From Camelus ferus (lineage: Eukaryota), in NCBI RefSeq assembly GCF_009834535.1, contig NC_045715.1:21018001-21082000 (forward strand): a stretch of 64,000 nucleotides of DNA, written 5' to 3'. The position numbers and the translations under genes were made by a program. Below, piece after piece: positions 38,373 to 51,809 of this stretch (positions are counted from its first letter, which is position 1; every line of letters begins with the position of its first letter). A model generated the notes under the pieces. It searched no databases. It saw only the letters and a list, made by a program, of their open reading frames with translations, and was not told where the DNA came from.

Positions 38373-38395
38373 CACACACACACACACACACACAC
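38373..38395 (+). repeat. (CA)11 microsatellite between the RNF5 and AGER 3' ends
   Basis: Perfect CA run. Confidence 0.95.
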
Positions 38396-38423
38396 GAGTG
38401 AATGGGGCAAGACGTGTCAGGTG

Positions 38424-38429
38424 TTTACT
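38424..38429 (-). terminator. AGER polyadenylation signal, non-canonical AGTAAA
   Basis: The only hexamer-like signal in the first 200 nt of the AGER 3'UTR, followed by a GU repeat on the sense strand. Confidence 0.6.
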
Positions 38430-38575
38430 CATCGCAGTTTGTGGGAGGCTCTGGTTGTGGAAGAAAGTCTGGGGAGGTGGGGTAGAGATTATACAGCGGG
38501 GAACTGGTCTGGGGCCAGAACACAGGGTGGGAGAAGGAAAAGGGAGCTGATGGTTGGGGTCAGGCTTCGGGCCCC

Positions 38576-41480
38576 TCAAGGCCCTCCGGCACTGCTCTCC
38601 GCTGCCTCGGGCTCCTCCTGCTGATTCAGTTCTGCACGCTCCTCCTCTTCCTCCTCCTGGTTTTCTGGGGCCTTCCTGGGGAGGAGGATTGGGTAGAGTC
38701 CCGCACATGGTTTCTGGCGCTCCATCATTCCTCCCCCTACATCCCTCCTTGCTGCCTGGAAGCCCTCCGTCTGAGGTGTCTGTCTTTTCCCACTCACCTC
38801 TCCTCTCCTCTGCGTTGCCGCCTGTGCCACACAATGACCCCAATGAGCAGGGCAGCTGTCCCCAGGCCTCCCAGGATCCCCAGGGCCAGGGCTAGAGTTC
38901 CCAGCCCTGGCTCTGCCACAGAGCCTGTAGCAAGATGGGGAGAATTGAGGGCACAGCCCCCTACTCACAACTCCTTTCTCCTCGACCATCCCCTCAGTGA
39001 CACTAAGGTCTGTCTGCTTCTCTTTGACTTTATCCAGCACCTCACCTGCAGTTGGTCCCTCTTCGCCTGTTTCTAGAAAACAAAGTCAGAAGGAAAGTCT
39101 TCAGTTTGAGAGTGGGCTATTCAGTGGGAGCCCCAGTGGGGTCTTTTCCTTTCTTAGGTCAGTTCAGAGGAGAGGGGACAGGCCGGGCCGTTCTCTGGTT
39201 ACAGTTTGGGTCAGGCAGAGGAGGCCTGGGTGTGGCTGCACTGAGGGAAGTGTGGGGTGGCCCCTGGGGACCGTACCAGAATGGAGAAGGGAACTGGAGC
39301 CTGCACTGTCCCTCAGGGTCCCTGGGATTTGGAGAGAGGTCTTCTCACCAGTAATGCTGATGCTGACAGCACGGCTCTCCTGGGGCCGGTGGCTGGGATG
39401 GGTGGCCACGCAGCTGTAGGTTCCCTGGTCCTCAGGCCCGACCTCAGGGAGGAGCAGCACAGGGCTGGCGGGGAGGGGCAGGGGCATACCCTGGCGGGGA
39501 AAGGGGGACAGGGAACAATCAAAACCCCTGTCCACACACCCCATACTCCTGCTGCTGCCTCCACATCCTCAGACACCCTCGTCTTCCCCAGCTCCCCACC
39601 TGCCTCTCTCTCCATGAGCCCTCTGCCCTCCTCCTTGCCAATTATGTATCCCTCTACCTCCCAGTCCCCTCTCCTGGTCACTCACATCCTTGATCCAGTG
39701 GATTTGAGGCGGGGGCTGGGCAGGGGCTTCACAGGTCAGGGTCACGGTACCACCGGGAGCTACTGCTCCACCTTCTGGCTCTACCACCAGCTGGACCTCC
39801 TCCAGTGGTACAGGCTCTGGGGGTTGAGAGTCACACCTGTGTGTGGTCACAGCGACCATCCGACCATCCGTTGGCTAAACCCTTCCTTCCCTGAGGGTCA
39901 TACTTCTGACATGTGCTCACCCAGGCTTGGGGCCCTCCCCACCTCTGCTCTCACCCAAGACGCTGAGCTGGATGGGGGCCGTGTGCAGGGCTCGGCGCCG
40001 TGGAAGGCCAGGGCTGAAGCTGCAGGAGAAGGAGGGGTGGGGAGCTCCTCCCTGGGCTGGGGTCACCATCAGCTCCGAATGGAGTGTGAAAAGCCCCGTC
40101 TCAGGGTGTCTCCTGGTCTCTTCCTTCACAGACACTCCTACAGTGGGTGGAGAACAAGGCAAGACATTCCAGGGGGGCATGGGGGAGGGGTCAAAAAGAA
40201 GGCAGCCAGGAGGGGGGAACTTGGGGCTCACCTTTGCCATCAGGTGTCAGGGTTTTCCCATCCAAGTGCCAGCTAAGAGTCCCTGCAGGGTAGCCCCCCT
40301 CGGACACACATGTCCCCACCTGGGGAAAAAGACCTCATCATCTTTGAAAATAAGAGAATCACAGGGGAAAGGTATAGCTCAGTGGTAAAGTGTGCACTTA
40401 GCACACACGGGGTCCTGGGTTCAATCCCCAGTGCCTCCATTAAAGCGGAAATAAATAAACTGAATTACCTCCCCCATCCCCAAGGGAAAATAAAAAGGAA
40501 AATAAAAGAATCCATACACATAGACACAGCTACACCCCCCTCCCATCCTCAGGACCCCTTCCTATGCCTCCCCTTTTCTTCCACTACCTTACTGGGAACA
40601 CCAGCCATGAGTTCGGAGGCAGGATCAACAATTTCTGGCTTCCCAGGAATCTCTGAAGGAGGGAAAATTCCAATCAGAGGTTGTTTGCAGCTTTGAAGAG
40701 TCGCACACCCCGGGTGCGGGAATAGGGGGTGCAGCTGAATCAGGGTCTCTCGTGCCAGGGCCAAGGAGTCAAGGGCTGGGGTAGAAGGCTTTTCCTTAGA
40801 TGAGAGGTGGGCCTTGAGGAAGGCCCTGGAACCTTACGGTAGACTCGGACTCGGTAGTTGGACTTGGTCTCCTTTCCATGCCGGCTCGTTGCCCGGCACC
40901 GGAAGGTCCCCTCATCCTGGATCCCAACAGCTGGCAGGAGGAGGGAGCCGTTGGGGAGGACACGGGCCACGCTATCCCAGGGCCCTCCCTGGGGAGATAA
41001 GACCTTCCAAGCTTCTGTCCGGCCTGTGTTCTGGGAAGCAGAACAAGCCCTTCAGGAAAGGACTCACAAGGCAGACAGGTGGGGAGGAGGGGATGTGAAT
41101 CGTCACCCATCTCCCTGGAAATGGGGAGACTGCGACAGGAGCCCCACTTACCAGTTTCCATTCCAGCTGCTGCGGTGGTTTCTTGGGGGCCCCCTTACAG
41201 TTCAGCACCAGTGGCTTCCCAATCCGGGCTGAGATGTTTCGATCCCCTACTACTGCCCCTGGGAGACAGCACCACGATAGAGGGGCAGGAAGGGAGATGG
41301 GAGCTAGTAAGACTAGAACAGGGTGGACGAGGGAGACTGGAAAGCAGTACCCAGGTTCCCAGAAAGTTGTGGGGAGGTCTGGGGAGAGGGGCAGAGTGCT
41401 TTCTGCCTGGAGAATCAGTGTGTGGGGAGTGGCTCACCCCACAGACCGAGGACCAGCACCCAGGCTCCAGCTGCTACCAT
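38576..41480 (-). CDS. AGER: Receptor for advanced glycation end-products (RAGE), 401 aa, 11 exons
   Basis: Exons 41480-41438, 41258-41152, 41030-40838, 40652-40588, 40319-40232, 40137-39955, 39816-39686, 39490-39349, 39072-39046, 38924-38798, 38675-38576 (1206 nt). V-C1-C2 Ig domains, TM LALALGILGGLGTAALLIGVIVW, acidic tail ...ESSAGGP*. Confidence 0.98.
40364..40510 (+). mobile_element. tRNA-Ala-derived SINE in AGER intron 4 (antisense to AGER)
   Basis: GGGGAAAGGTATAGCTCAGTGGTAAAGTGTGCACTTAGCACACACGGGGTCCTGGGTTCAATCCCCAGTGCCTCC plus an A-rich tail; AATAARAGAATC is duplicated on the flanks. Confidence 0.9.
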
Positions 41481-42020
41481 CCTGCTTCTGTCCCAGTTTC
41501 CTGGCTCTGTCTGCCCCTCGCTGCTGTGGCCACCACCCTAGGTGGGGCTTGTACCCTCTCCCCAGCCCCCATCTCTCCAGTCCTGTCCCGTCACAGGGAA
41601 TGCTAGGAATTTGTGCCTCTTGGACAAGAGTCCTTCAGGTACTAGGAGAAACAATTGTCACCCCACCCCTGGGCACTGCCAGCCTCTGGGCACAACCACA
41701 TCCACGGGGGTGGGGAGTACATCTCTTTGGGTAATCCCCAGGGCCCAACGTATTCCATCAGTCCACTGAGGGCTGTCTCTTGGAGGACTGGACCCCTATC
41801 TTGACTAGGCAAGGTTGCTAGGCAGCAGGGTTCAGGACTGGCTGTTTCCTGTGGAGAGGAGGCTGGGGTGAAACCTGGGGCCTGTGTGATGAGGGCAAGG
41901 CTGGGGGACTCAGGGGGAACACTTGTTTGGGGGGCTTTATGAGAGAAAAATATTTTTTTCTGGGGTTTCTCACGTTTTTGAAAAGAATTCTCAACTAAAC
42001 CCAGGGAAAAAAGCAATTTC

Positions 42021-42026
42021 TTTATT
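42021..42026 (-). terminator. PBX2 polyadenylation signal AATAAA
   Basis: TTTATT on +, about 1.55 kb after the PBX2 stop and about 540 nt upstream of the AGER ATG. Confidence 0.75.
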
Positions 42027-43577
42027 CAAAACTGCGTTTTTTGTTTTTTTGTTTTTCTGTGAAACTACAAGTTTACAAGTGAGGAGAGAACTGCCCCCGG
42101 CCCATGCCTCCCACCCCAACCCATCACACTCCCAACCTGCCCCCTAATCCTGCCCAGATCTCTGACGAGAGGGGTTCCCCACTCTTGTAAAATCCTGAGG
42201 ATGTTTGAGGGGTTCAGATGGTAGGGTTCAGGGCCAAGAATGGGACAGTGATTTTACTTTCCCCACACCTGGCTTCTTGCGGCCTCCCTCCTCTCTCCCC
42301 ACCTTCTTGATTTTGGATTGAGAGAAAAAAAAAGATACCTTATTTCTGGGGAAATACACAAACACCCAACCCCATATTTAACATATTTGGCAATAACCCC
42401 CTCCCCATTCTTCCCCCTCCAATCTGCAAATAGTTAAAAAAAAATTTAAAGACGTGTCACTCACAGGGGAAGGTGGCATTTGCTCAAAATGACTGAGTCC
42501 AGCCCTGCCTAAAGATTGTGGGAAGAGAGGACAGGCTGGCAGAGCAAACCCCTGACTGACCTTGACTGCCTCCACACCAGGTGCAACAGAAAACTGCCTG
42601 CACAAGCAAAGAACACCTAAGTGACTTCACAAGCAAAGGAGAACATTCCTAAGTGATTTTAGGGGGGCAGGCTTGGTGCCCTGCTAAATGCACTTCCTGA
42701 CAGACAGGACTGGAGCCAGGCAGGCCTCTTCACCAGTTCTATTTGTTCCCCTTTCTCTTATCGTGACCCCTTTGGCTATCACCCCTAATATGGGAAAGCA
42801 ATAAAAAAAAATTTATAAAAACATCTACTTCTCCAAACTAAATTAAAAATTAAGAACCATCACCACGAACAACACCCCCCCCCCCAAATAAAAAAAAAAA
42901 TACAGATGGATCCCAGGGTTATTTTTNNNNNNNNNNNNNNNNNNNNNNNNNNNNNNNNNNNNNNNNNNNNNNNNNNNNNNNNNNNNNNNNNNNNNNNNNN
43001 NNNNNNNNNNNNNNNNNNNNNNNNNNNNNNNNNNNNNNNNNNNNNNNNNNNNNNNNNNNNNNNNNNNNNNNNNNNNNNNNNNNNNNNNNNGGGGCCGGGG
43101 GCGGGGAGGCACGGGGGGCGTGGCCCATGTCCTCTGTCCAGAAGTCGAGTCCCCATTTTTGGCATCTCTGGTCGGGCAGGGCTGGCGTCTCCACAGATCC
43201 CAGAGCAGATAAGTGGGGTGGGGGAGGGAGAGTGGGGGAGCCCAGAGAGAGAGAGACAGACAATAGTTGTATGTGTGTATGAGAGAGAGAGGAGAGAAAG
43301 ATCTGAAAAATAGGATTCTATGTGTGTGTTTCTATGGGAGAGAGAAAAGAATGGAAAAAGGGGAGACAGACTCCACTCTCCCCTTAGGGGACCTTATCTT
43401 CCCTGCCATGTAGTCAGCACCCCCAGCACTGAGAGAGTCCAGCCGGGGATGGGATGACCCCGTTTGCCCTTCTCTGTCTTGTGCTTCTCCTGTGTCTGGG
43501 TTTTGTCCTCTGGATGCCTGCGTCCTCTTCAAGAGTTGCCTTGTGAGCCCCCACCCCTGTGGCCCTGAGGGGCGAGA

Positions 43578-47122
<3,545 letters not shown>

Positions 47123-47980
47123 AGTTGGGGGGGGCCCTGAGGCCCCCTCCCTGCTCCGCCCCTCCCCCCCGCCTGGTTACTCCCCCCCCCCAAACTCGCT
47201 GGGGCCGCTGCTCCCTCCGCCCCAGCCCCCGCCCGTCTCCCCACCTCCCGGCTTTCCCGGGGGTTCGCCCCGGCCCTGAAGGGAGACCTGGGGTANNNNN
47301 NNNNNNNNNNNNNNNNNNNNNNNNNNNNNNNNNNNNNNNNNNNNNNNNNNNNNNNNNNNNNNNNNNNNNNNNNNNNNNNNNNNNNNNNNNNNNNNNNNNN
47401 NNNNNNNNNNNNNNNNNNNNNNNNNNNNNNNNNNNNNNNNNNNNNNNNNNNNNNNNNNNNNNNNNNNNNNNNNNNNNNNNNNNNNNNNNNNNNNNNNNNN
47501 NNNNNNNNNNNNNNNNNNNNNNAGAGGAACTGAGACCGAGTGGAGGAGGGGAGAGGGGACGAGGGGAGGAGACTAGCCCGTGGGGAAAATAAGGGAAGGC
47601 CCCAGGGGCTGGACTTCTGTGGCCTTGGAGGAGGGCGTATTGGGGGCTGGGGGGTGGGGGCTGCCACCTGGGTTCTCAGTCCGGGATCTAGCAGAAGTGG
47701 ACTCTGGCCGCTGGAATGCCTGGGTTCACAGACAGCTTAGTTCATATTTCTTATCCTAATGACTCCCCTCCCTGTTCTACTTAATTAAAACCAGGAGAGG
47801 GGGGCTGGGGGGGATAATTAGGGAGGTCTCCAGCCGCTGCTTAATGAGCCAGTAATTAACCAGCCAGGGAGGGGAGCTGGCCTCTGGCCAGACTGGGGAG
47901 AGTGACGGCCTCTGGTCTTACCTTCCTACCCTCCACCCCGCCATCCCAGACACCAGTCTTCAGTCCAGAGGGGAATTACA

Positions 47981-47986
47981 TTTATT
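47981..47986 (-). terminator. GPSM3 polyadenylation signal AATAAA
   Basis: TTTATT on +, about 620 nt after the GPSM3 stop. Confidence 0.75.
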
Positions 47987-48600
47987 CATGTCACCAAACA
48001 TCAGACAGCTCAGAACAGCAATGGGGAGGGAGGGTGGGCAGGGCTAAATGTCCATTCACAGCCTATAGGCCCCTCAGTCCTGGGGCTGGGGGGTGCCGGT
48101 GATGGAGGTGGGACAATAAGCCTTTGCTGTGCCCTCTCTTCCTTTCTTCTTACTGAGAAGGAGGGTGGAACTGTCTCTCAGGTCCAAACCTTGGGAGATT
48201 TGCCTTTTCTTGGGAGGTGGAGGCCTGAACCCTCAGATCCTGCCTGGTGTCTTGAGTATAGGGAGTGTCCCCACAACTCAAGACCAAGACTCCCAGTTCC
48301 TCCCTGAGACCAGAGGAGAGGGTGAGTTGTCCCTCTGTGGCCGGGTTCCTCTCAAGGCCTTCAGCTCCCATGTACTTGGTCACAGAGGGAGTTAAATGTC
48401 CATCCTACCTTGACTATTCCCAGGGTCTGAGGACTTGCAACCCTCCAGCTCCCAGGAAGGGTGGATGAGGGCGATGACTACTGAGATTTCTGCTGGGTCT
48501 TCCAGTCTCTGGTGCCTCTGCCAGGCAGGGTTGAGGGCATGCAGTGGGCTGCCCAGCTTTGAGCCACAGCAGTACAGAGGGGCTGGTGGGGGCTCAAGTC

Positions 48601-49755
48601 TCAGCAGGTGTGTGTGGGGGGCTGGGACCTTTGCTCCTCCATTCGACCCCCACCCTGAACTCTCAGCAGCAACTCCAGGAGCTCCTGTCCTCCTGGGGGT
48701 AGGGGAGGCTCTGACCGCTGGGCTTCCATCCGCTGGCACTGGAGGAGTGGAGGGAAGGGAAGTTGTTGGTGAGCTTCTAAGAGGAGCAGGCCTTGAAAGG
48801 AGCCAGAGCTGGTGTGAGGGGCGTATAGGACACCTGTGATGGGGATGGGGATGAGGGGACTAGGATCTGGTGAGGGGGCAGATGCCTGGGGAGAAGGAGG
48901 GGTAGGGCCAAAGGAGAACAGGGGCCAAGAGACCAAGAAGCCTGGGCCTTGCCTCCTGGGGTGGGGGTGGGGGGCGTCTCACCTGGTGACTGAGGATGGT
49001 GCTGTAGAGCTGTTCTCTGTCCTCAAGAGGCCGGGGTGGGGCTCGGCCTAAGCTTGGGGGGTTTTGAGGGGCATGGAAGGTGGCCCTCTGCTCCTCTAGG
49101 CGGCGGGACTGGGCCTCAGCCACCAAGTCCAGAAGCAGCTCAGTCTGCAGGGAGAGCAGGGAGGCCGAGCGGGGCCCCAGGGCTGGGGAGAGGAGGGGAA
49201 GGGCTCAGGGACCCATAGAAGTTGGCAGACAGGGTGGTGGATGTGGGGGTATGATTAGGGACGTGGGGTCAGAGCTAAGGGGGTGTGATGGGGAGTCTGG
49301 AGGTGGGGAGAGAGCCCATGATGGAATGGGCCTTGGTAATGGGATCAGGAAGGATGTGGGCACCAGGGTCAGGGAGCCCCCTGGGTGAGGGGGGTACCTG
49401 TGTGGTGGGTCCCTGGAGGAGGAGGGGATGGAGGAGCAGATCGCCAAGGCCGAGTACCAGTGTTCACAGGGGGCCAGCCACGCTCATCCTGAGGGGGGCC
49501 CTGATGCTGAGAGACATCCGTTCCAGTCAAGCAGGGGTGGGGTGCGCAGAGGACTAGGCCAGCAGCCCATTTCCTCTCTTGGTGTCTCTGTTCCTGCCTC
49601 AGTGTGCCCAAGCCCGTCCAAGTCGCCTGAGTCCACCATTACTCAGTCTCTGCCTCAGGTCTTCTCACCTCCCTCTCCCAGTGTCAGCCTCCCAGACCCG
49701 GTGCCCAGCTCACCTGCTCATCATCCTCTTCTTCCTGGGGTCTCTCAGCCTCCAT
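48601..49755 (-). CDS. GPSM3: G-protein-signaling modulator 3 (AGS4, three GoLoco motifs), 160 aa
   Basis: Exons 49755-49714, 49500-49398, 49182-48983, 48738-48601 (483 nt). MEAERPQEEEDDEQ...TELLLDLVAEAQSRRLEEQRA...QCQRMEAQRS...QGGGRMEEQRSQPPTHTC*. Confidence 0.98.
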
Positions 49756-50619
49756 CCCCTAGAGGGGAGAAACTGGTGGGGGAGGAGTAGCTCTGATTTG
49801 GGAGGAGGGCCGGAACCCTGAGTTCCTGAGGGGAGTAGGGGCTGAAAGGGGTGGGGGTGAGCCGGGGGCTGGATGTCTGGGTACTGAGCAGGAAGCTGGG
49901 TTCCTGGTCAGCCCCCCCACGGGCCCCGCCCATCTCTGTCAACTTCCTCCAGTTCTCTTTTCCCACCCAAACTGCATGCTTGACCTCTCTCGCCCCAGGG
50001 GAACAGAGACTGGGAAAAGCTCCTCCAGCTGCAGTAGTGATGGGGGTGTCAGGGAGGGGAAGGACTTTGGCTTTCTCATCTCCAGATCCTCAGTAGTCCC
50101 CCAACCCCCGGCTCTGTTCCTTCCACCCCCCTCCTACCCTTCAGTTCTGTCAACACAGGAACTAGCTACAAAGGAAGTGGTTTCACTCCTCAGAAACCCC
50201 CCTCACCCCCTTGCCCCAGGTACCTTCCCCAAGAAGGACCCTCCCCCTGCTTCTCAGCTTCCCTCAGACTTACTGGGACTGGGAGAGGCATGGTTCTGGT
50301 GGGAAGCAGGACTTAGATCCAGGGATGCCAGGGCCTGAAACATGTATACATACACCCCTAGCACTGTGTCTAATAACTGTGTTGAATAGTAATAACTGCC
50401 TTATAGGTGCTTACAGTCTATTCAGGGGACAAGATATGCACCAAATGTAAGAGACAAGGGGCAGGGGAAGCTTTCCTCTAGTTATGAAATGGAAAAGAGA
50501 GAGGACCACAACCTGGCTTGGTCTTTGATCCACGTTGGTCAGGCTGGCTGGCACCAAGGTGGGAAGAGGACAGAGACATTTTGGACCTCTAAATGGCTGT
50601 CATGTTAGCTCAGTGACTT

Positions 50620-50820
50620 TGAACGTAAAATATGATAGAGAGATCAGGTTCTGCCACTTAATGCTTTGCAATTTGGGGCAAGTGAAACCTCTGCCTCAGT
50701 TTCTGAGAGTAAAAGGGAGGTCTTATAAAATTATTTTTTATAGTGTTGATGTAAGGATTAAGTGTGATATTAAGCATTTGGCACATAGTGAATGCTCCAG
50801 CAATGGTAGTTATTAGCTTT
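50620..50820. mobile_element. MIR SINE remnant
   Basis: TTCTGCCACTTAATGCTTTGCAATTTGGGGCAAGTGAAACCTCTGCCTCAGTTTC...GTAAGGATTAAGTG...GGCACATAGTGAATGCTC. Confidence 0.75.
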
Positions 50821-51227
50821 CAAAATACTTCATGCCTCCATGTCTCAGGTCCATTGCTATGAAAGAGGTATAACCAAGTTGCTGAATGGAGGATAAAGTT
50901 GGAGATGCTTTCTCCATCTCCCTCTACTTGAGATCTCAGGAATCTCCTAAGTGGCTATAACTAAATGCCCTTGCAAGAGGAACAAAGGGTAGGCCTGGTT
51001 TAGTGTGTGAGTCGTTTCTCCCTGAGCTACTAGAGACTTTCACCTTTTGATACCCTAAATTAACACAGGACCCCCAAGTCTACTTATTCTTGCTCTTAAC
51101 ACTATGCTCAAAGCTTCCATCCAAATGTTGAACCTAGGGCACAAAATTCTGAAAACACTGTGCAGTTAATCCCATATTTTTTCCACTTCCCAACCCCTCC
51201 AAAAAAAGGTAACACTTCAAGTCAGCT

Positions 51228-51233
51228 TTATTA
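51228..51233 (-). terminator. NOTCH4 polyadenylation signal AATAAA
   Basis: TTTATT on +, about 580 nt after the NOTCH4 stop. Confidence 0.75.
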
Positions 51234-51809
51234 TGGGTTGACACATGTGGGGTTCTTAAATAGAGTGGTGGCTATAAGAGTGGCACTTCATGCCTGCAGT
51301 GGTTTGTTTGGGGGTGGGGGAAGGTGGAGAGAATGCAAGGAGTCATCAGCTGGAGTGACCCTTGGCCCTCCCTTCAGCACCTGCACAGTGTCTGGCACAC
51401 AGTAGGTGCTCAATAAATATTTGTCAGCCCTTTGTGAGTGGTCGGGGTTACAGGCGATGGGGCTCTCCCTGGGAACCATATATAGGAAAGGACATCTTAC
51501 ATCCTGTTTGCAGTTTTGGTTCCAGTTCAGGGGTACTTCTCCCATTCCACTCCATCCTCCTGTAACCTCTCACCCTTATTTTCTGGGAGAGAGGATGGGC
51601 CTGCTTCATCCCAGCACCCTAAACTCCTTTTCCAGGGCTGCAGTTTCTCCACGTGTAAGACGATGTGGCATACACTCACTTTGGGAGGGACACTACACTC
51701 ATAATCCCTCAAGTTTGGGGCTCAAGGATCTTAAAATCTGGAGACCTTCCAGACTGCCTGTCATTTAATGAGTACTCACTTTTAGAATCCCTCCCTGCCA
51801 TGTAGCCTT

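Noticed and set aside
39257-40276. 339-aa plus-strand ORF, the longest in the ORF track
   Set aside because: Antisense to AGER exons 5-8 and their GC-rich introns; low-complexity peptide with no recognisable domain, promoter or poly(A) context.
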